From Flaccisagitta enflata (lineage: Eukaryota), in contig OZ231126.1 of the NCBI GenBank assembly GCA_965153355.1, positions 39,804,001 through 39,868,000 of the forward strand: a stretch of DNA of 64,000 nucleotides. Direction: 5' to 3'. How positions within the stretch are numbered: position 1 is the first letter of the stretch; every line of letters begins with the position of its first letter. A model generated the notes under the pieces. That model saw only the letters and a list, made by a program, of their open reading frames with translations, was not told where the DNA came from and made no database searches. This document shows positions 1 to 10,712 of this stretch, piece after piece. The translations under genes and the position numbers were made by a program.

Positions 1-213
1 AAGCCTGAGATATTGGCTCCAATGCAATGTTGGGATAGGGTTGTGAAAAAAATTCTTTCTGTGGATCATATGCTCTGGATTTTCAAACAGATATGAAACT
101 TGGCCAACAGTCCTTAAAAACATAAAGGTGTGCTTAGGCTTATGCCTTATTGCTAAAATATTTCTACAGGCTGGTCAAAATGAGCTTGAATATTGAATTC
201 TTTTTTTCTTCTT

Positions 214-458
214 TTTAGTTGCGGACACGCAACTGTAAAAGAGGCTTTGTCCGTCCGTCCGTCCGTCCGTCCGTCCGTCCGTCGGTCCGTCCGTCGGTCC
301 GTCCGTCGGTCCGTAACCCACAAGTCGAAAAGTGGGAGAACGAGCGTTGTAGATGCTTTTTTGGGTATGTGTGTTATTAGGGGGGTATGAGGTGTGGATG
401 GGGGTTGGATGCCCCTGCCCACCCGTCCGCAACGGTATTGTGACCCCGCGTCACTTGC
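214..458 (+). mobile_element. Helentron-associated-like interspersed element (HINE/DINE-1 architecture), family A; >15 copies in window
   Basis: 5' TTTTAG(T/C)TGCGGACACGCAACT hairpin, (GTCC)n tract, CCCCTGCCCACCCGTCCGCAAC subterminal inverted repeat, T-rich insertion sites. Other copies at about 2169, 2882, 3471, 10937, 12261, 13049, 13331, 27460, 41457, 50575, 54528, 55861, 58905, 63659 and 63874. Confidence 0.75.
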
Positions 459-570
459 TTTCTTCAATTTTTTCTTCCTTCTTTTTTCCTTTCTTTCTTT
501 TTTCTGTTCTTTTGTTGCAAATCTTAGTTTACAAACGTTTGCTCTAGGTAGCGTAGTAGCAGGACGAAAT

Positions 571-1223
571 TTACCAGATAACAAAAGGCTTATCACATTC
601 TGACAAGGCCGGATACGCGGCAATCCAGTCGCGGACGGTAGATGACGACACAAAGTTTCTGGGGCTGCCTTCTGACTTGTTGGTGAGGCAACTGGCCATC
701 GCCGCCACCGCCACTCTCTCCGGATTGGGCCCTTTCAGTTTCACCCATCCTCTTTTCAATTCCTTCCTCCGCCTCTTTTCTCTTTTGATTTCATTCAAGA
801 GTTTTTCTTCTAGGGCGCTTTTCTCTCTTTCTCTGACCTCCTTCTCCCTTTTGAGCTCCACCACCAGCTCCTTGGCCTCCTCCTCCATGCTGGCGCAATG
901 GGATAACTTCTCCTCTACTTGGTTTCGCGCCCACTCTTCCTCTTCCAGTCGGTCGCGTAGCTGAGTCAGTTCTCCCCTCATCCACTCACCTTCCTCCACC
1001 AATTTGGTAATTTTCTCCTCCATCCTTGCCGCTATTTTCCTTTCCCGATGGCGTCGTGAACTGGGCCGAGCGTGACACTGCGGTAAACCTCTATCCCGTG
1101 GACGTTGCAACAACGCCATTTTCCGCCATGTGGCGTAACGATGCAATTCATTGCAATATTGTGTCGGGGACGGTACGGTATGGGACGGGTCCTCAATTAT
1201 CATAAGTATCTGTATTTTCTCAT
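571..1223 (-). CDS. Putative exon encoding a Glu/Lys-rich coiled coil
   Basis: >210 open codons with a heptad-like stretch (EEKITKLVEEGEWMRGELTQLRDRLEEE); possible phase-1 acceptor cacag| at 1223; no family recognised. Confidence 0.5.
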
Positions 1224-1280
1224 CTGTGGTTACAACTTCAAAAATACGCTAGACAATCTCACATTTTTAAGGAGGACATA

Positions 1281-1813
1281 CAGTAGATCTCGTCTAGACT
1301 TGAGATAACGGGGGCAGGCATTGTGGAAAGACAAATGAAGGCAGGGGAGCGATATTTGGATCATAGACTAATCAAAGGATGCTTAATTCCCCATGATAGC
1401 TGGTTGCCATGGAAATATATTTCCATGTATTCTCGCTAAAATATCAATATTTGGAGAGATTTTTTTTAAGGAACATTGCTTAAAATGAAATTTGCAACTT
1501 TCACAGTATGTTCTGTAAGAATGTCGCTCGTTTGGCCATTGCTAGGAGCGTATCACGAGACACCCTTACAGCTATACGAGCGACATTCTTACAGAACATA
1601 CTGTGAAAGTATGTAAACTTTTAAGAAATGTTCCCTCAAAATTCTCGAAATATTGATATTTTAGCAAAAATACATGCGTTTCTATGGCAACCAGATATCA
1701 TGGGCAATAAAGCATCCCTTTATTAGTCCATGTTTCAAATATCACTCCCCTGGCTTAATTCGTTCCTCTACAATGCTTGCCCCCGTTGTCTCAAGTCTAG
1801 ACGAGATCTACTG
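1281..1813. mobile_element. Tc1/mariner-type MITE, near-palindromic
   Basis: TA|CAGTAGATCTCGTCTAGACTTGAGA...TCTCAAGTCTAGACGAGATCTACTG|TA; related fragments at ~11475 and 12470-12630. Confidence 0.88.
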
Positions 1814-1861
1814 TATCACTTGTCAGACTGATGGACATACAGACAAGGAGATATAAGCAGG

Positions 1862-1931
<70 letters not shown>

Positions 1932-2357
1932 TACTTCTTTTCCCAATTTTATTTCTTTTATTTCTTCTTTTTATTTCTTTTTTTCTTAATTTTTTCTTCC
2001 TTTTTCCTTTTTTTCTTTTCTTCTTTTTTTCTTTTTTTCTTTTCTTCTTTTCTTCTTTTTTTCTTTTCTTCTTTTTTTCTTTTCATCGTTTTTTTTTTCC
2101 TTTTTTTTCTTTTTCTTCTTTTTCTTCTTTTTCTTTTTAGTTGCGGACACGCAACTCTATAGGATTTCTTTTTAGTTGCGGACACGCAACTCTATAGGAG
2201 GCTTTGTCCGTCCGTCCGTCGGTCCGTCGGTCGGTCCGTCGGTCCGTAACCATCGAGTGAGAAAACGCGCATTTCCGCCCCTGCCCACCCGTCCGCAACT
2301 GATGGCCGTGTATCCGGCCTTGTTCTTCTTCTTCTTCCTTCTTCTTCTTCTCAATAC

Positions 2358-2674
2358 CGTTACCGTTACGGCCAAGCAGCCCATTATCGTTTTGGAGCGA
2401 CCCTGCCCTTTTTCCACAACCGTAACGGACTTCCGGTTTCACGCTCGGGCCAGGTCGTGACACTGGCCGACCGACCGACGTAGCTGAGGGAGAGACAGGA
2501 GCCGCCGCTTCCACTGCCCCCGCCGCCGCTGCTGCCGCGCGTCGATTTTCAGCCGTCGCTCGATGCCCCGGCTGTGTTGGGTAATTTCGACTCTCCCGTG
2601 GTAGTCTTCCGCTTCTTGCTTCGCGTGGATGGCGGCGCCGTTGTCGACGCCGTCGAAGTCGACGACGCCGCCAT
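2358..2674 (-). CDS. GC-rich coding-like segment, possible upstream exon of the coiled-coil ORF
   Basis: ATG at 2674 (MAASSTST...RSKKRK); phase-1 donors at 2364 and 2358; frame is interrupted at 2549-2551. Confidence 0.3.
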
Positions 2675-3009
2675 AGCCGAGTTGGCGACTGTCGTCCACT
2701 GGCCGCGGATTTTGACCAGTTTTTTCCGACCTCCGCCAGCTGTCGTCGCCGTCGTCGTCACTGCCGCCACCGCGTCTAACTTTTTATGATTTGTATGTAA
2801 TTGAGTCTTTAGTAAAGCGAGTGTTTCTGTTTTGGTTCAATTTAATAAAATCGATAAAACCGCCTCAGTTGGTATCTTTCGTTTTTAGTCGCGTGCACGC
2901 GACTCTACAAACCGCTTTGTCTGTCCGTCCGTCCGTCCATTGGTCCGTCGGTCTAACTTTACTTTTTTTACTACTTTAAGTCATTTTTAGTCATTTTAGG
3001 TTATTTTTA

Positions 3010-3207
3010 CACTTTTTTTTTTGTAAGAGACAACCTTTTTTCAACTCAGCCTGAGTGTTCCTAAATTCCAAGTTATTTTCAGCCTCGAATTCTCTTAATA
3101 TGTTCTTATTTTTCCCTGACTTGATCCGTTACTACTAATACTATCAATGATACTAATATCACTACAACTGATATTACTATTATTACTACTACTGTTATTG
3201 CTACTGT

Positions 3208-3270
<63 letters not shown>

Positions 3271-3353
3271 CTGAACCACTGCTAGTACTATTCTACAACT
3301 AACACAACTAATATTACTGCTACTACTACTTATACTTTTACTACTACTACTTT

Positions 3354-3397
<44 letters not shown>

Positions 3398-3807
3398 GTA
3401 CTTCTAATACTACTACTTTTGCTGCTACTACTACTACTACTTTCACTACTCTCACTTGTAATAAACGGAAAAACAAGGCCAACACCTAAAGGTCGTGTAC
3501 GAGACTAACAGAATCTGTTAGTAACAGAATGACTTAAAATGACTTAGCTTAACCTAAAAAGACTTTAAATGACTTAAAGAAATAAAATTGATAAAAAAAG
3601 TAAAATGGGGACCAACCCACCGACCGACCGACCGACTGACCGACCAACCAACGGACAGACAAAGCGGGGTGTAGAGTCGCGTGCACGCGACTAAAAATTA
3701 ACTAAGGTAAAAGTCAGCCTGAGCTGTCTCTTATTTTGTTCTTAAATTTTCAGAGAATCTCAGCCTCATGTCTCTTATAAAAAAGTCTCTTATAAAAAAA
3801 AAAGTGT
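3010..3807. mobile_element. TA-flanked MITE (CACTTTTTT...AAAAAAGTG family)
   Basis: TIRs plus TA TSD; related copies at 63101-63607 and from ~48739. Confidence 0.75.
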
Positions 3808-3821
3808 AGTCATTTTTAGAG

Positions 3822-5300
3822 ATATTACGTGCTCGATATTAGGGGTGTTTATAAACGCCAAATAAACGCCGTTTATAAACAATGCTATATGACTGTTTAT
3901 AAACATTTTAAATGCAAGTCAAATAAACAAAAATTGTTTAAATGGCAGTAAAAAACGCTGTTTATAAACGACTTTATATCACTGTTTATGAATGAAGGAA
4001 AATAAAAAATTGTTTGACCTGATCAGTACTAACTGAAAATATCCACACTAGAAAATGTTAAATTAGAAAAGTCAAAATTTTGAAGGTTGCTACTAATTTA
4101 TTTGACCCCAAAAATTGTTAAAAAGAGCCCATAATTGATTGTTTATAAACACAATAATAATGATGTTAATAAACAACAAAAATTAGGTGTTTATAAACGC
4201 TAGATATTTTCTGTTGATAAACACCAAAAGAATAAACAAAAGTACTGATAATATTTTTTTCTCCTCCTCGTCCTCCTTTTCCTCCTGCTCCAAAATTGTT
4301 TATTTGCTCCCAATTTCCTTTCCAAATAAACAAAAAATTGTTTATTTGGGACCATAAATTTGTTTTCACAAACGTTTACACTACTTGAAAAGTTTTTGTG
4401 TTTATAAACACCAAGAAAATGAATCTCAGAAACAAATTTGTTTATTTGGTACCATAAATTTGATCTCATAAACAGATTATTATATTTCTCTCCTCCTCCT
4501 CCTCCTCCTCATCCAAAATTGTTTATTTGCTCTGAATTTCATTTCCAAATAAACCATAAACCATAAATTTGATCTCATAAACAGACTTTTATATTTCTCT
4601 CTTCCTCCTCCTCCTCCTCCTCCTCATCATCATCATCCAAAATCATTTATTTGCTCCCATTTTCCTTTCCAAATAAACATAAAATTGTTTATTTGGGACC
4701 ATAAATTTGATCTCATAAACAGATGAGGAAGAGGGGGAGGAGGAAGGGGAGGAGGTGGAGGAGCAGGGGAGAAATACAAAAATCTGTTTATGAGATCAAG
4801 TTTATGGCAGTATAAAAATCCTTAGTACATTATCCATTGCAATTTTTGTGGTTATAGGGGGTCTAAGGGGGAAATTAACAACTTTTTAATATTTTTTGGT
4901 GTTTATCAACACAAAATATTTAACGTTTATAAATATCTAATTTTTGTTGTTTATAAACATCAATATTATTGTGTTTATAAACGATCAATTATAGGCTCTT
5001 TTTAACAATTTTTTGGGTAAAAAAATTAAGAAGCAACCTTCAAAATTTCAACTTTTCTAATAGAACTTTTTCTAGTGTGGTCATTTTCAGTTTGTACTGA
5101 TCAGGTCAAACAATTTCTTATTTTCCTTTGTTCATAAACAGTGATAAAGAGTCGTTTATGAACAGCGTTTTTTACTGCCATTTAAACAATTTTTGATTAT
5201 TTGACTTGTATTTTTGATGTTTATAAACAGTTGTATAGCATTGTTTATAAACAGTGTTTATTTGGCGTTTATAAACAACACCTAATTCGAGGATGTAATA
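3822..5300. mobile_element. Foldback element rich in TTTATAAAC motifs
   Basis: ~400-bp inverted arms (3840-4240 vs 4890-5284); no TSD resolved. Confidence 0.75.
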
Positions 5301-6178
5301 CCTGCATTTTTAATCATCCTTAGTTCTTTTTAGTCATTCTAAGTCATAAGTCATTTTAAATCATCTTAAGTTATATTAAGTCACTCAAGTCAATTTGGTA
5401 AATTTAGTCATTTAATTCATTTTACATCGTTTTATGTCTTTTTCAGTCATTTAAAGTCAATTTGAGCCATCCTAACTTATTTATGTTCCGCACGCGACTT
5501 ATAGGTGTTGGCCTTGTTTACTGCCTCGGTTGGTATCATCCCTTATGTCTCAAATTATCTGGAACCTCAAACAAGTGAGGTGGTAGAAATTAGCTTGTTA
5601 TAGTAAAAGCCTCGCATAGGATGAAAATATCTAAAGCGGAATCCTTTTATTTGTCTTGTTCAATTCGTTAGTCATTGTATAATGAGCATTTCGGGATAAC
5701 AAAATTTGGGAGCTCAAAAGGCTCTCTACTTCAAGCTAGTTTAGGTCTAAGAAGTGACATAGTCCACTTTTCATCCATAATCAGACATTTTTACCTATTC
5801 TGCCATCTTTGTTCTACTAGACTGAATTCTTTATTTGTTATACACTTTTTTATGAGAACTTCATTTGTTTTCTAAAGCGTTCATACGAGATACAGATAGC
5901 TTCTAATAAAATAACTATGAAATTCTTAATTTTCGAGCTATTTCAAGGCTTGATGTTCTTTTAAACTAGGTTCTTATAAAAGAAAATGATAACTGTAATC
6001 TTTTATCTGTTTGTTCATTTATCTTTAAACATAAAACATTAAACTTTAAACATTAATCTCAAGCTGAAACGTGTACAGGTTCATCAACAAAAATCCCAAA
6101 AAGCATGACCTCAGCACGCAGCAGATTTCAGTTTGAACTAGCTCGACAGTGTCCCATCTCAGCTGAGCTGGGGCTTCC

Positions 6179-6466
6179 TCAGTTGAGTTTGGGCCCGAGC
6201 CCCTGTACTTCTGCTGGGTGAACCTCTCCTCCCGATCCGCAACCTCCTTCTCCTTCCCCATTTCTGCTTTCCCATGTGAATGGCTGGAAGCTGTCGACGA
6301 ATTTGCGACCATCTCCGCATCTTTGCTTTCTTCTGGCGACGATTCCCGCGTCGACTAACTTCCGGTCGTAAGCCCAACCAATCACCGCCATGAAATCAAT
6401 GAAGATTGTGGCCAAATTGAAAGCGACGGAAATAACGGGAATGTGAAGTTCAGCGGTGGAATAGTC
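6179..6466 (-). CDS. Desaturase exon 6 (terminal)
   Basis: tag|DYSTAEL...[21 protein letters not shown]...GDG...stop. Confidence 0.92.
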   Translation of the reverse strand, partial: DYSTAELHIPVISVAFNLATIFIDFMAVIGWAYDRKLVDAGIVARRKQRCGDGRKFVDSFQPFTWESRNGEGEGGCGSGGEVHPAEVQGLGPKLN

Positions 6467-9224
6467 CTACAGTTGAGAAAGATTTATGCAGGTTTTGACT
6501 CGACGTGTAATGGATATCGAATGGAACAGTAGATTAGTCCAAAACCAAGCTCTATTTTGTTTCTCCTTGACATAATGGGGCTTGCGCAGACAAGGATAGT
6601 CAGATATGCAGACTTTTTGATATTCCAGCGGGAACGCTTTTCTTGTTTCCAGACTTACCTGAGCTGATGGCAGGTATCATGATAGGTGAGCTATCTTTCT
6701 CCTGTAGCCGCAAGAATAACCTGTGGGAAGGCATGATGGTTGTTGAGCCAACCTTCTCCTATGGACACCAGACTAACCTGTGGAAAGGCGTGATGGTAGT
6801 TGTGCCAGCCTTCTCCCGTAGTAACCAGACTAACGAGGAAATTCTCTGCCGGGTTGGATTTCTTGTCATAAGGTCTTGTGCCCCATAAATGCGCCGCTGA
6901 GTTTACGAGGAAGGTGAAATTCAGGCAAAAGCAGTAACGCAGAACGCCTGCAACCATGTATCTGTTTGAAATAACGAGGGTTGTGTTTATTTGATCAGGT
7001 ACTATCCATGTCGGTCAATATTTCGGTGAAAATGAAAAAAAAAACTGTTAACTCGCTGAAGTAATACAGGGATTACCCCGCCAAAAGCCACCGAAGAAAA
7101 CGTCATACGTATTTCAGCTTCAAGAAATGATATTCTTATTCTGAAAAAAGTTCCTGGAAGAACCTTCCAACCGATTGTCTATGACATGTGCAACAAAAAG
7201 TTAAAATATAGTTACAAAATACTTGTCAACTGAAAAGGCAAACGACTAACAACATTGATTTTGAAAAAAATAAACTACACAGAAAAAATGAAATACATCC
7301 AATCTTGGATAAAAATCACCTTTTCTTCAGAAAACCATCAAGGGTCGCACTCTATTTTACTGCTATTTATCATCAAACTGTGCCAAATGGCTGAAAATGG
7401 CATCAAATTGAAGATATTTTCATGAAAATTTAGTTTCTGAAATGTTTTGCGAGTTTCCCATCAAATTTCCATCAAATTTATACAGTTTTCACAAGGGTTT
7501 CTAGAGCGAAAGTGTTGTTTTTAGCCTTCCATAGGCTGATTTGTGATGATACATTTTAGGAATTCATAATCTACTTCAAAATATCTACTTTAAAATATCT
7601 GCTTCAAAATATCTGCTTCAAAATACCTTTGATTTAAGCCCAACCCCGAGGTTTTGACAGAAAAAAAACTGAGCTAAATGAGCTAAGTGAGCTAGAATAC
7701 TTAAAGACACACTCACAGATGAGCAGCTATGCTCACTGACATGCTTTTTTGTATCTGCTTGTTTAAAGTTATTAAAACATTTTTTGATTTATTGCATTTG
7801 AAATCAGAAATAAAAGACGAGCAAGAATGATCAATAGCACCGTCACAGACGACCAGCTATGCTCATAAACATGTATCCTTGTATTTGCATGCTCAAACAA
7901 ACACAAATACACTCTTTTATTGATCCTACTTAAAATCATAAAAAATCAAAAATTTCAATTTGAATTTTCCAAAAATAAATCTGTAAAAAATTATAATGCG
8001 AAAAATACTTGTCATAGACCATTTCGGTTAGGGCCAAATGAAAGAAAATTATCAAATATACTTACCCTATCAATTTTATCGGAGGCCCCAATCAGTCGAT
8101 CGAGATGCTAAACTTTCACATAAGAAAATTAAAACCATATTTCTCTCAAATATGTCAAAAAATTGAAGACTGACTTCGACTTTTTTCCCGACAAATTCTC
8201 ATTATACTATAAAATGAATTGATTTACATATCAATTCGGCCAGGATTCCCACTTGCAAAATTCTTAAATAAAAAAAAAAAACCCACCCCAGATTTTTGCA
8301 CAGGGGACCTAAAAAGGCTGTAGAACAAGATTCTGATGTTTATTTTGACCTCACTTGAGCCAAAAAAAAAAGAAACGTTTTTTTTGTGCCAAAAACAGCT
8401 ATTTTTCCTAAAAAAATGGTATCAAATGAAATATTTTGGACTTTTTTTTTTATAGAAACATAAAGTACCAATAGTAATTGATATTTGAGTGAATCTAGAA
8501 CAATTTTGAATAGGTCTATGAGGTTCAAAAATAGCATTAAAGTGCTCAAAAGTGGAGAAATGACCTAAAAATTGAAAAATTGTCAAAGCTGATGTTTTGG
8601 AACAGTTTCTAAGGGTAAAATATGCTGTCAGTATGAGTTTCATCGATTTACTTAAAAAAACATGGCCGTGATAAGCGAAAAACGCAAAACCGCAATATGC
8701 AAATGAGATCTCATTTGCATATTGCCGTTTCGCTTTTTGTGGCCATGTTTTTTTAAGTAAATCAATGAAATTCACAGTGACAGCATATTTTACTCTAAGA
8801 AACTGTTCCAAAATATCAGTTATGACGGTTTTCCAATTTTTAGGTCATTTCTCCACTTTTGAGCACTTTAATGCTATTTTTGAACCTCATAGACCTATTC
8901 AAAATTGTTCTAGATTCACTCAAATATCAATTACTATTAGTACTTTATGTTTCTTTAAAAAAACTTAGCTGTTTTTGGCACAAAAAAACGTTTCTTTTTT
9001 TTTTGCTCATGATAGGCCAAAATAAGCATCAGATTCTTGTTCTACATGCTTTTTAGGACCCACATGCAAAAATTTGTGATGGGTCCATTTTTTTTCATAA
9101 CCCTTAGAATTGAGATTTTTTCCAACGGGATTCCTGGCCGAATTGTACATTTTTGTAAATTTTCACCTTTTATTTGTCTTTTTTTTCAGGAAAGTAGGTC
9201 TGATCGCGGTATAGCCCAAAACTA

Positions 9225-9322
<98 letters not shown>

Positions 9323-10630
9323 GCTACTCACGAAGTCCATAGCGATTCATTCCAGAGGTACCAAGGCACAACCGAGGGCAATATAAAGCAGACCAACACG
9401 ACCAGCGGCTTGTAGAATTTTCTAAGCAAAATTTGAGACATTTTCATTCCGATTTCGAATTATTACTGTCGCTGTGTTGCATTTACTTCTACATCTTCAT
9501 TTGCATAATATCGTAGAATAATCAAACCTTTGAAAGACAAGCAGGGGATCGGCGAAGAGGTCGCTGATGTCAATCTGTTTTCCCTTTTCAATTACTAGAG
9601 GATGTTTCTTCTGCATAATCCATCCAATGTGGGAGAAAAAGAAACCCCTCTTGGCATTATGGGGATCCGCATCAGTCTCACTGCGATTGAACACATAATT
9701 TTAAACAACCATTAAAAGATTGATGGATACCCGGTGAATTCAGTCGCATGCGCGTAGACAGGGGCAGTGATGTAAGAGGCCACTTAGGTACTCTGACAGG
9801 AGCGGTGACGCAAAAAACACGAAAATCCTTAAGTTACACGGGCGGATGGATGGATGGACGGATGGATGTACTGAAAAGTGGCTTATAGAGTCGTATACAC
9901 CTGACTAAAATGGGCTGGAGTGCGGTACAGGAACGATATACAACATCGTCGATATCTTTGTCAAGTGGCACCATGACTTGATAGGTATGAGGCAAGTTAG
10001 GAGACAGTTAAGGAATACAACCTGCATTGCATTATATCATGGCCCAGTCTAGCCTTACGGTGAAGCAGGTAGTCTATGAAAGTTTATGTAGGTAGTTTCT
10101 GTGATGGGCTATGGGTTCTGATCTGTGTGTATGATATATGATAGACTTTGTGGTCTCACTCCTTTGTCCATGATGAGCTCTGTGGTCTCCTACCTGTGTC
10201 TATGATGTACTCTGTGGTCTCTGACCCACTCGATGATGTCATTTTGGAATGCGAGTGTTTGCAGAAAGACAAGAATTGCGCGAAGTGGAAACTTGGCTTT
10301 GAAAGATCGATGAGCCCAAAGGCGATGTGTTCCCGCAGTCACTCCAATCATTCCTACATCGCCATGCAAGACGGAAAAAAGTAAGTGCGTTTGTGCGCCT
10401 GAGAATGACTAAAACAACATCTTTCAGCAATTAGCAAGTAACTCTAGCTTGGTCCCATTTTAGGGAGTTGTTTCAACTTTTATGGGACCAATCTGGTTAT
10501 CGAGGCTTTGTTCGTTTAGTGTAGCATATCTTCAAAACTCTTTAGTGCAAAAATAGTTCCCATAAGCTTTTTTTGGGGGGGGGGGGTTGAAGTCCTCTGT
10601 GTTCTACAGGACATCGTCACCTTCGGGGCC

Positions 10631-10712
<82 letters not shown>

